NCBI GenBank assembly: GCA_964590095.1
Contig: CAZPYW010000001.1
Location: 1 to 47,205, forward strand
Source: an uncultured Oscillospiraceae bacterium
GTDB lineage: Bacteria > Bacillota > Clostridia > Oscillospirales > Oscillospiraceae
Length of the DNA: 47,205 nt
Direction: 5' to 3'
Positions 1-7,802 of this stretch are shown in pieces. Made by a program: the position numbers and the translations under genes. A model generated the notes under the pieces. That model saw nothing but the letters and a program-made list of their open reading frames with translations. It did not search any database and was not told the DNA's origin. Within the stretch, counting starts at the first letter, position 1. The number at the start of each line of letters is the position of its first letter.

Positions 1-34
1 TTGTTAAAGTTTTGTTTGCATTTCCACTGTTACG

Positions 35-64
35 AAAAAACAGCGGCGCACATGTGCGCCGCTG
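35..64 (-). terminator. Intrinsic terminator of the LCP-proX transcript
   Basis: Perfect 24-bp palindrome CAGCGGCGCACATGTGCGCCGCTG at 41-64 followed on the minus strand by T6 (A6 at 35-40), 10 nt past the proX stop. Confidence 0.8.
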
Positions 65-74
65 CGTGTTTTCC

Positions 75-635
75 TTATGCATCTTCCGCATCGGGCAGCT
101 CGACCACGGTGGGCTGATGCCCCACGCGCGGCAAAAAGCGCGTAAGCACATCGTGCATGGAGAGCGCCAGCGTTGAGGTATTGATGCACGGATGACAGCC
201 GATCCGTGCGCTTTCATAGATCGGCCGGTCGATGACCAGCTTGACGGCATGCTCCGTGTCGTTCATCAGACCAAGCACGCTGACCGAGCCGGGCGTGATG
301 TTCAAAAGCCGCTCCATATCCGCGCTGTCAGCAAAGGACAGGCGGGATACGCCCAGCTGTCGGCTCAGATCCTTTGTCTTAAAGACCTTGTCGCCCTCCA
401 GCATCAGCAGATAAAAATCCGTCTTCTGGCGGTTGCACAGAAACAGATTCTTGCAGATTGCCTCGCCTAATACCGCCTCAACCGCGTGACAGGCCTCAAT
501 GGTGTCGGCGTGGTCATGATCGACACGGTCATAGTCGATTCCAAGCTCGTCCAGCAGTCGATAGCAGGCAGCTTCCTTTTCCAGCCGACCGGAGAGATCA
601 GCCGGCCTGCCGTGTAACAGGTTTGAAAGATTCAT
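75..635 (-). CDS. proX: YbaK/ProX (PrdX)-family aminoacyl-tRNA editing protein
   Basis: 186 aa; CKNLFL, RLSFA, PGSVSVLGL and HPCINTSTL motifs typical of ProX deacylases; starts 2 nt after the LCP stop. Confidence 0.85.
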   Translation of the reverse strand: MNLSNLLHGRPADLSGRLEKEAACYRLLDELGIDYDRVDHDHADTIEACHAVEAVLGEAICKNLFLCNRQKTDFYLLMLEGDKVFKTKDLSRQLGVSRLSFADSADMERLLNITPGSVSVLGLMNDTEHAVKLVIDRPIYESARIGCHPCINTSTLALSMHDVLTRFLPRVGHQPTVVELPDAEDA

Positions 636-637
636 GC

Positions 638-2236
638 TTATCCAACTCGGATGTAGAGATCCGAAATGGCCACTCCTTCCTCATAGGGATTGCAGCAGGT
701 GTTGACGGTTTCTGCCACACCGGCCGCGTCCAGCACGTAATATGACCCGCCCGCAATATAGGTGGCCGCGCCCGGGAGCGTTGCCGTCTGAATCTGTGAC
801 AGGTCACACAGCATCAGCGTTTCGGCCAGCCAGAGGTAGTTGCCGGTGGTAAAGCTGCTGATCGTCGAGCTTTTCAGCAGGCTCAGTACCCCCGGCAGTG
901 CAACCGCGCCGCGCAGCGACGTCCACTGGTCAAGTGCTGCGCTGATAAATTCGCGCTGCACCGATACGCGCCCAAGGTCGGCCGTAGGATAGCCCGAACG
1001 AAAGCGCAGCAGCTGTAGCGACTGCGCGCCGCTGAGCTTCTGCTCACCGGCAGAAAGCTGGATACTCAGCCCCTGTGAGGGGTCGGTATAATACATGTCC
1101 ATGGGGACGTTAAAACGCACGCCGCCCATGCGGTCGATCATGCTCTCAAGCGCCGCCATGTCGATCAGCATATAGCCGTCGGGACGGAAGCCGACGATCT
1201 CGGTCACGCGCTCAAGCAGCTCTTCAATGCCGTCTGCGCCGCCGCCCGCCCAGCCATAGGCCGAGTTGATCTTCGGTACGGCGTATTCACAGTAGACCAG
1301 CGTGTCGCGCGGGATGGAAACCAGACTGACACCGCGCGTTTCGCGGTCAAGCCGCATCAGCATCATGGTGTCCGTGCGATAGCCGCCCTCATCCACGCCC
1401 GCAAGCAGGATGGTGCTGCATCCGTCGCGGCGTGTACCGGAGGGCTGGTCACAGACAGGCTGGCGCGCCAGACTGACCAGCACCACGCAGCACGCCACCA
1501 GAAGCCCCAGCACGATCAGAATCGCATTTCGCACGCCGCCGTGCTTTTTTTCGCGCGGCGCAGGCTCGCTTTCCTCATCTGCATAGCGCGCGGCCATCTG
1601 CGCGCGCTGTGCGGCCGTCTCGGGATCCTCGCCCTGCTCATACAGCCACTGCGCATATTCCTCACTGTCGGCGCGGGGGGCAGGGCGCGGCTGCGCGCGG
1701 CCACGGCGGGGCTTTTTGCTGCGCTGCTCAAGCTCACGCATTTTTTCGGCCTCCTCTTCCTCGCGCTCACGCAGCTCGCGCTCGCGCGCAAGGCGCTCCT
1801 GCTCGCGCTCACGCTCATACTGCGCGCGGCGCGCAGCCTGATACGCGGGGCGCGACTGCTCATAAAACGTCAGCGGCGGGAACACGATCGGCGCTTCCGG
1901 CTCGGCCGGTGCGGACGCTGTCTGCTCCGGCTCTGCGTCCTGCGTCACAGGCTCGGGCGGCGTCTCACCATAGAATTTTTCGTAATCAATGTGGATATCC
2001 TCGGCACGCAGCGGCGCAGAGGACGCGCCGCACGGCTCCTGTGCGGGCATCTCAGCCGGCTGCGGCTGCGGTGCGTCTTCATTTGGCGCCTCATCCGGCG
2101 TCTCACCCAGAAGACTTTTGACATCAGCCAGAAGCGCATCCAGCTCGGCATCCCGCTCAACCTGCGCGCACGGCTCCTGCTCTGCGGCAGGCATATCCGG
2201 CAGTGTACCGTTTTGCAGTTCGTCCATATCCGGCAT
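638..2236 (-). CDS. LCP (LytR-CpsA-Psr) family protein with long acidic N-terminal extension
   Basis: TM segment then LLAGVD..RTDTMML..SIPRDT..KINSAY..RFR..DLGRVSVQR LCP motifs; start placed at ATG 2236 (MPDMDE) because of the SD-like AAGGAAAGGGG and because the promoter lies at 2294-2322, inside the longer ORF. Confidence 0.9.
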   Translation of the reverse strand: MPDMDELQNGTLPDMPAAEQEPCAQVERDAELDALLADVKSLLGETPDEAPNEDAPQPQPAEMPAQEPCGASSAPLRAEDIHIDYEKFYGETPPEPVTQDAEPEQTASAPAEPEAPIVFPPLTFYEQSRPAYQAARRAQYEREREQERLARERELREREEEEAEKMRELEQRSKKPRRGRAQPRPAPRADSEEYAQWLYEQGEDPETAAQRAQMAARYADEESEPAPREKKHGGVRNAILIVLGLLVACCVVLVSLARQPVCDQPSGTRRDGCSTILLAGVDEGGYRTDTMMLMRLDRETRGVSLVSIPRDTLVYCEYAVPKINSAYGWAGGGADGIEELLERVTEIVGFRPDGYMLIDMAALESMIDRMGGVRFNVPMDMYYTDPSQGLSIQLSAGEQKLSGAQSLQLLRFRSGYPTADLGRVSVQREFISAALDQWTSLRGAVALPGVLSLLKSSTISSFTTGNYLWLAETLMLCDLSQIQTATLPGAATYIAGGSYYVLDAAGVAETVNTCCNPYEEGVAISDLYIRVG

Positions 2237-2293
2237 AGAAGCAGGCCCCTTTCCTTTTGCGCCGCGCATGCGGGCGCAGATTGATACCAGATT

Positions 2294-2322
2294 ATTATAC
2301 AATATTCCTGCCATTTTGTAAA
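2294..2322 (-). promoter_or_regulatory. Sigma-A-like promoter for LCP-proX
   Basis: Minus strand TTTACA-17 nt-TATAAT. Confidence 0.65.
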
Positions 2323-2347
2323 CACCCCGCAAATTGCAAGGAAAGGT

Positions 2348-2376
2348 TTGAAAATCCGTCTGCCGCGTGATATAGT
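2348..2376 (+). promoter_or_regulatory. Sigma-A-like promoter for the DUF362 gene
   Basis: TTGAAA-17 nt-TATAGT with extended -10 TG. Confidence 0.6.
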
Positions 2377-2406
2377 ATGAAAAAACTGCACCATGGAGGT
2401 TCCCTC

Positions 2407-3558
2407 ATGAGCTATGACGTGAGTATCGTCCGCTGTGAAAGCTATGATCCGGCGGTCTGCCGCACCGCACTGGAGCAGGCGCTTGCGCCGATCGGCGGTC
2501 TTGACTGGGTCAAGGCCGGTATGCGCATCGCCATCAAGGTCAATCTGGTCTCGGCCATGAAGCCCGAGGAGGCGGCGACCACCCATCCAGCGCTGCTGTG
2601 TGAGCTTGTCCGGCTTCTGACTGCGCGCGGCGCGTCGGTCGTGCTGGGTGACAGCCCCGGCGGCCTGTATACGCCCGCGCATCTTTCCCGTGTGTATGAC
2701 GTGACCGGTATGCACGACTGCGAGGCGTTCGGCGCGGAGCTGAATCAGGATTTCTCGCAGAAGGAGGCAGCCTGTCCCACGGCTGTTGCGGCGAAGCGCT
2801 TTACCTATACCGCGTGGCTTGACAGCGCCGATGCGATCATCGATTTCTGCAAGCTGAAAACGCACGGAATGCTGGGCATGACCTGCGCGGTCAAGAACTA
2901 TTTTGGCGTGATTCCCGGGACGATGAAGCCTGAGTACCACTATAAGTACCCCAAGACCGAGGACTTTGCCAACATGCTGGTCGATCTGTGCGAATATTTT
3001 AAGCCGCGGCTTTGCATCTGTGACGCCGTTGTCGGCATGGAGGGCAACGGCCCCACCAAGGGAACGCCGCGCGCCATTGGCTGTCTGCTGGCAAGTACGT
3101 CTGCGCACCATCTTGATCTGCTGGCCAGCCGCCTGATTGGGCTCTCACCCGATGAGATCCCCACGCTGACTGCCGCCGCACAGCGCGGTCTAGTTCCGGC
3201 CTCGCCTGACGAGCTTAGCGTTTTTGGCAAGGCCGAGCCGTTTATCCAGTCCGATTTCAAAACCATGCCCTCACAGGCAAGCACATTCTTCCGCAGCGGC
3301 GGCAAGGGGCTGTTCGGCAAAATTGCAGACAGCGTGATGTTCCATGCGCTGACGCCGCGTCCCAAGCTTGCAGCAGGGGAGTGCATCGGCTGTAAAAAGT
3401 GCGCGAATATCTGCCCCGCCAAGGCCATCACCATGAAAAACGGCAAGCCGCAGATCGACCGCAGCGCCTGTATCCACTGCTTCTGCTGTCAGGAATTCTG
3501 CCCGAAGGGCGCGATGAAGGTCTATCGCCCGATCGTGGCGCGGATTCTAAACCGCTGA
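2407..3558 (+). CDS. DUF362 domain protein with C-terminal 2x[4Fe-4S] ferredoxin domain
   Basis: 383 aa; IKVNL..TTHP..GDSPG and KLKTH..AVKNYFG motifs; C-terminal CIGCKKCANICP and CIHCFCCQEFCP; SD GGAGG before ATG 2407. Confidence 0.85.
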   Translation: MSYDVSIVRCESYDPAVCRTALEQALAPIGGLDWVKAGMRIAIKVNLVSAMKPEEAATTHPALLCELVRLLTARGASVVLGDSPGGLYTPAHLSRVYDVTGMHDCEAFGAELNQDFSQKEAACPTAVAAKRFTYTAWLDSADAIIDFCKLKTHGMLGMTCAVKNYFGVIPGTMKPEYHYKYPKTEDFANMLVDLCEYFKPRLCICDAVVGMEGNGPTKGTPRAIGCLLASTSAHHLDLLASRLIGLSPDEIPTLTAAAQRGLVPASPDELSVFGKAEPFIQSDFKTMPSQASTFFRSGGKGLFGKIADSVMFHALTPRPKLAAGECIGCKKCANICPAKAITMKNGKPQIDRSACIHCFCCQEFCPKGAMKVYRPIVARILNR

Positions 3559-3590
3559 GCGCCAAAACTGGACAAAATTTGCATTTCCCA

Positions 3591-3619
3591 TTGCGTTTGC
3601 GCAAAAGCTGCGCTATAAT
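3591..3619 (+). promoter_or_regulatory. Sigma-A-like promoter for the acyl-CoA ligase
   Basis: TTGCGT-17 nt-TATAAT. Confidence 0.6.
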
Positions 3620-3693
3620 TACGCCAAATAGCGCTGGTGTGTGGCGCTGTTGGTGTGTAAAAGGTGTGTTATATCAGAAAGGATGACAACAAG

Positions 3694-5445
3694 ATGAGCA
3701 TTTCTTCCTCTGCTCCGTGGCTGAAGTATTACGGTGATGTGCCGCATCATCTGGAATACCCGAAAAAGTCCATCTATGAGATGGTCGTGGCAGCTGCCGA
3801 GAAATTCCCCAAAAACTATGCCTATGAATTCATGGGCAAGAAGACCACGTATGCCGAGTTTGTCCGGCATATCGACGACACGGCAAGAGCCTATCTGGCC
3901 ATGGGCATCCACAAGGGTGACAAGGTCACGATCTGTATGCCCAACTGCCCGCAGGCGCTCAACAGCTTCTATGCGCTCAACCGCATCGGTGCGATCTCCA
4001 ACATGATCCACCCGCTGTCCGCCGCAGGCGAGATCAAGCACTATCTGAACTTCTCTCATTCCCGCGCCATTTTGACGCTTGACCAGTTCTATGAAAAGAT
4101 CGCGCCGGTCATGGACGAGCTGGACGATCCCGACTGCAAGCTGCTCATTGCGCGCATTCAGGATGAGCTTCTGCCGCATCTGGCTGTTGGCTATGCGCTG
4201 ACCAAGGGACGCAAGACGCCCAAGCCCCCGCGCCGCGGCGGCTACATCTGGTGGAATGAGTTCATGCGTACCGGCGCAAAGCGCAATCTGCCGCTGCCAA
4301 AGGCGCTGCCCAACACCAATGACTGTGCCTCCATTCTCTATTCCGGCGGCACGACCGGCACCACTAAGGGCATCATGCTCAGCAACATGAACTTTAACGC
4401 GCTGGGTCTTCAGACCATCGCCGCCAGCGGCTTTGCGCCCATTGACGGCATGAAGATGCTCTCGGTTATGCCTATCTTCCACGGCTTTGGCCTTGGCATC
4501 GGCATCCACACCGCGCTGATCGGCGGTGCATGCTGCATCCTTGTCCCGCAGTTTAACGTCAAGACCTACGCCGATCTGCTGATCAAGAAGCAGCCCAACA
4601 TCATCCCCGGCGTGCCGACGCTGTTTGAGGCGCTGCTGCGTGCAGAGAATCTGGAAAATGCAGACCTCAGCTGTCTGCGCGGCGTGTTCAGCGGCGGCGA
4701 CAGCCTGTCGATCGAGCTGAAGAAGAAGGTCGATGCGTTCCTCAAGGCGCACAACGCCTCTGTCCAGATCAGACAGGGCTATGGTCTGACCGAGTGTGTC
4801 ACGGCCAGCTGCCTGACGCCCAAGGATTATAACCGCGTCGGCTCGATCGGCGTGCCGTTCCCCGATACCTATTATAAGATCGTCAAGCCCGGCACCACGG
4901 ATGAGCTTGAGGCCGATCTTGAGGGCGAAATCTGCATCTCCGGCCCGTCGGTCATGCTGCGCTACATGGACAACCCCGAGGAAACGGATGCAACGCTCCG
5001 CCGCCACAGCGACGGCCGCATCTGGATGCACACGGGCGACCTTGGCAAGATGGACGAGGATGGCTTCGTCTACTTCGCCCAGCGCATGAAGCGCATGATC
5101 ATCACCTCCGGCTACAACGTCTACCCGGGTCAGCTGGAAAATGTCATCGACGGGCATGAAAAGGTGCTGCTCTCGTGCGTCATCGGCGTCAAGGATCCCT
5201 ATAAGATGCAGAAGGTCAAGGCTTTCGTTGTCCTGCGTCCCGAGTATCAGCCGAGCGATGAGATCAAGCAGGAGCTGATGGAGTACTGCCGCAAGCATAT
5301 TGCAAAGTATGCCATGCCGTATGATATTGAGTTCCGTGCAGAGCTTCCCAAGACGCTGGTCGGCAAGGTTGCCTACCGCGTGCTTGAGGAGGAAGAGGCC
5401 GAACGCCAGAAGCTGGCCGAGGCTGAGGCCGAGACGGCAGAGTGA
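3694..5445 (+). CDS. Long-chain fatty acid--CoA ligase (AMP-binding, FadD/LcfB-like)
   Basis: 583 aa; AMP-binding signature YSGGTTGTTKG, QGYGLTE, HTGDLG, LPKTLVGK; N-terminal PWLKYY typical of FadD-like enzymes. Confidence 0.9.
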   Translation: MSISSSAPWLKYYGDVPHHLEYPKKSIYEMVVAAAEKFPKNYAYEFMGKKTTYAEFVRHIDDTARAYLAMGIHKGDKVTICMPNCPQALNSFYALNRIGAISNMIHPLSAAGEIKHYLNFSHSRAILTLDQFYEKIAPVMDELDDPDCKLLIARIQDELLPHLAVGYALTKGRKTPKPPRRGGYIWWNEFMRTGAKRNLPLPKALPNTNDCASILYSGGTTGTTKGIMLSNMNFNALGLQTIAASGFAPIDGMKMLSVMPIFHGFGLGIGIHTALIGGACCILVPQFNVKTYADLLIKKQPNIIPGVPTLFEALLRAENLENADLSCLRGVFSGGDSLSIELKKKVDAFLKAHNASVQIRQGYGLTECVTASCLTPKDYNRVGSIGVPFPDTYYKIVKPGTTDELEADLEGEICISGPSVMLRYMDNPEETDATLRRHSDGRIWMHTGDLGKMDEDGFVYFAQRMKRMIITSGYNVYPGQLENVIDGHEKVLLSCVIGVKDPYKMQKVKAFVVLRPEYQPSDEIKQELMEYCRKHIAKYAMPYDIEFRAELPKTLVGKVAYRVLEEEEAERQKLAEAEAETAE

Positions 5446-5452
5446 TAAACCT

Positions 5453-5482
5453 TGTGCGGGTCGCATTCGACCCGCACATTTT
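5453..5482 (+). terminator. Hairpin with short T-tract after the acyl-CoA ligase (possibly leaky terminator)
   Basis: TGTGCGGGTCG-CATT-CGACCCGCACA-TTTT. Confidence 0.65.
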
Positions 5483-5502
5483 GTAAAGGAGCTGGAATAG
5501 AT

Positions 5503-6219
5503 ATGAAGCAGCAAAAAGAGCGCATCTGGGAGCTTGATGCGCTGCGCGGTTTTTGCATCCTCTGCGTGATCGCGGTTCATTTCCTGTTTGATCTGGTCTA
5601 TTTCCTGGGAATGGACTTTCACTTCCCGCCGGTCTATCTTTTCATTCAGCAGTATGGCGGCGTGATTTTTGTTATCCTGTCGGGTATTTGTGTTACGCTT
5701 GGCCATAAAAGCGCGCGGCGCGGCGCGATTGTCTTTGGCTGCGGGATGCTGATCACGCTTGTCACATGGGCGATGTACCGCTTGGGAATGGCTGCATCGG
5801 ATGTTGTGGTCAAGTTCGGCGTGCTGCATCTGCTTGGCGTGTGTATGCTGCTCTATCCGCTTTTTAAGCGGCTGCACCCCGCTGCGCAGGCTGTTATCGG
5901 CGGCGGCATCGTCGTTCTGGGCTATGTGTTTACCACCGTTCGCGTGCAGGCGCAGTGGCTGTTTCCGCTGGGACTGACCTGTGAGGGCTTTACCTCCAGC
6001 GACTATTTTCCCATTTTTCCGCAGCTTGGCTGGTTCCTGCTGGGCGCAGCAATTGGAAGAACTGTCTATCGGGAAAAGAAAACGCGCTTTCCCACCACGG
6101 CGCAGACGCATGCACCCATTCGCTTTTTCTGCTGGTGCGGGCGGCAGTCGCTCTGGATCTATCTGCTGCACCAGCCGGTTGTCTATGGGCTGATCATGCT
6201 GATCACCATGCTGGTATAA
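5503..6219 (+). CDS. DUF1624 / heparan-alpha-glucosaminide N-acetyltransferase-like membrane protein
   Basis: 238 aa, multi-TM; RIWELDALRG..H, FGVLH, SSDYFPIFP, GRQSLWIYLLHQP motifs. Confidence 0.8.
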   Translation: MKQQKERIWELDALRGFCILCVIAVHFLFDLVYFLGMDFHFPPVYLFIQQYGGVIFVILSGICVTLGHKSARRGAIVFGCGMLITLVTWAMYRLGMAASDVVVKFGVLHLLGVCMLLYPLFKRLHPAAQAVIGGGIVVLGYVFTTVRVQAQWLFPLGLTCEGFTSSDYFPIFPQLGWFLLGAAIGRTVYREKKTRFPTTAQTHAPIRFFCWCGRQSLWIYLLHQPVVYGLIMLITMLV

Positions 6220-6241
6220 CGCGGAAACGCAAATAAGTGCA

Positions 6242-6271
6242 AAAAAATCAGCCCCGTGGGGCTGATTTTTT
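6242..6271. terminator. Bidirectional intrinsic terminator
   Basis: AAAAAATCAGCCCC-GT-GGGGCTGATTTTTT between convergent genes. Confidence 0.85.
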
Positions 6272-6273
6272 GT

Positions 6274-7542
6274 TTAGCTGATCGGACATCTGACGATGCA
6301 CTCGTAATTCTTTCCGCCATAGGTCGTATAGACCGTGGTGGTGCCGCGGCCGACAGCATAGACGATGCCGTCCTCATCGACCGTACAGATGGAGGTATCC
6401 GACGATGTCCACGAAACGCCCTTGACCGCGTCGCCGTCAGAGTCTCTGAGCGTGAGCTTAAAATACTCGCCCACGATGGTCATGGTGACGTCCTCATTGC
6501 TGATGGTGCAGTTTTCATCCTCGCTTCCGGACTCGGCGCTGTCTTCCAGCGTGCAGCTGACCTCACACGTCAGCGCAAGATCGTAAACCGTTGCCGTAAT
6601 GGTCGCGCTTCCGCTTCCGACGGCGGTTACTACGCCGCTGGATGAAACCGATGCAACGGCATCATCCGAGGACGCAAACGTGATCTCCGCGTCCGTTTCC
6701 ACATTGTTGACCAGCAGGGTGGCCTGCTGCCCGGGGTAGGTAAAGGAGAGCGCCGCGCTGCTGAGCACCGGCGGCTCAACCTGATCGCTGCCGCCCTGCG
6801 GCGAAATAAAGTCACAGGTCACAAGACAGGTCTGCACATAGCTGCCGCAGGTTGCCGTAATTTCGGCCACGCCGCCGCCAACGGCAACGATCTTGCCCTG
6901 CTGGCTGACGGATGCGACCTGAATGTCGCTGGAGGAATAGACTACCTTATCCGTGCAGTTTTCCGGCCGGACGGTGGCGGTGATGTTGTAAAACTGCTCG
7001 ATCTCGTCAAAGGTGATGCTGCTTGCGCCCAGTGTCAGACCGGTACAGGGGATGGGCTGAGACTGCTGCTGCGTCTGCTGAAGCGTCTGCTGGTAGTCCT
7101 CCTCATTGGTGTACTGCGCCTCACCGGCAACGGACGCGGACGGCGTTTCCGCCTTGTCCGCATTTTGTGACAGGTCAAGGAAGCCGTCAAAATAGCCGAT
7201 GTTGTACATTGCAAACACCGCGCCCGCCAGAACGCCCGCGCCCAGCAGAATGCAGATGACGATCATCATCCATCTGGGGATGGCATAGACGTTTTCCTTC
7301 TGCGGCTTTTCCTTTTCGGGCTTCGGCTCAGCGGCCGGCTTTTCGTGAACGGGGACCGTTCTTGCCGCAAAGCGGCCGCCGCGCACGCGCTTGCCGCCGG
7401 AGCGGCTTTTTTTGCGGCTGTAGATGGGCGCGCTGTCTGCCGCGTCGGCAGATGCAGGCAGGACGGGTCTTCCGCACAGGGGACAGATTGTATGTTCTTT
7501 CGAGAACTCCATGCCGCAATATTCACAGGTTCTCAGTTCCAT
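6274..7542 (-). CDS. Single-pass membrane protein: N-terminal zinc ribbon, TM, three Big_2 (bacterial Ig-like group 2) domains
   Basis: 422 aa from ATG 7542 (SD GGAGGT); CEYC-x10-CPLC; TM WMMIVICILLGAGVLAGAVFAMY; three repeats of (Y/F/W)xSSD..(V/C)xV...G.(I/V).AVG.G...(I/V). Confidence 0.8.
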   Translation of the reverse strand: MELRTCEYCGMEFSKEHTICPLCGRPVLPASADAADSAPIYSRKKSRSGGKRVRGGRFAARTVPVHEKPAAEPKPEKEKPQKENVYAIPRWMMIVICILLGAGVLAGAVFAMYNIGYFDGFLDLSQNADKAETPSASVAGEAQYTNEEDYQQTLQQTQQQSQPIPCTGLTLGASSITFDEIEQFYNITATVRPENCTDKVVYSSSDIQVASVSQQGKIVAVGGGVAEITATCGSYVQTCLVTCDFISPQGGSDQVEPPVLSSAALSFTYPGQQATLLVNNVETDAEITFASSDDAVASVSSSGVVTAVGSGSATITATVYDLALTCEVSCTLEDSAESGSEDENCTISNEDVTMTIVGEYFKLTLRDSDGDAVKGVSWTSSDTSICTVDEDGIVYAVGRGTTTVYTTYGGKNYECIVRCPIS

Positions 7543-7615
7543 AGAATACCTCCGTATGATGCAAAGAAATGCTGTATTGACACGGCCGGTTGGCCGTAAT
7601 TTTTGATTTACGCAT

Positions 7616-7644
7616 ATTCTATCACAATTTGTCCCATATTCCAA
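7616..7644 (-). promoter_or_regulatory. Sigma-A-like promoter for the zinc-ribbon/Big_2 gene
   Basis: Minus strand TTGGAA-17 nt-TAGAAT with extended TG. Confidence 0.5.
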
Positions 7645-7666
7645 GTACAAAGCACAAGATATTGTA

Positions 7667-7695
7667 TTGCATTTTTCCGTGAAATGTCCTAAAAT
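7667..7695 (+). promoter_or_regulatory. Sigma-A-like promoter for the FN3 kinase, back-to-back with the previous promoter
   Basis: TTGCAT-17 nt-TAAAAT. Confidence 0.55.
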
Positions 7696-7802
7696 AGGCT
7701 GTAACGGTAAATTGGGGCAGGTTGTCCCCGTTTGCCGCCGCAGACATATTGCAGACACATTCGCACATGGCGCTTTCGCCATACAGTAAGGAGGTAAAGT
7801 AT

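Noticed and set aside
3619-6171. 850-aa antisense ORF, and similar long shadow ORFs (1945-3111, 11403-12356, 15309-16634, 36005-37516)
   Set aside because: They lie opposite well-supported genes, have no recognisable motifs or SD, and are expected from GC-rich codon bias that depletes stops on the antisense strand
6244-6269. Shared AAAATCAGC...GCTGATTTT arms between this terminator and the hairpin at 10700-10719 as a dispersed repeat
   Set aside because: Only 9 independent bases match, with different loops and flanks; chance cannot be excluded
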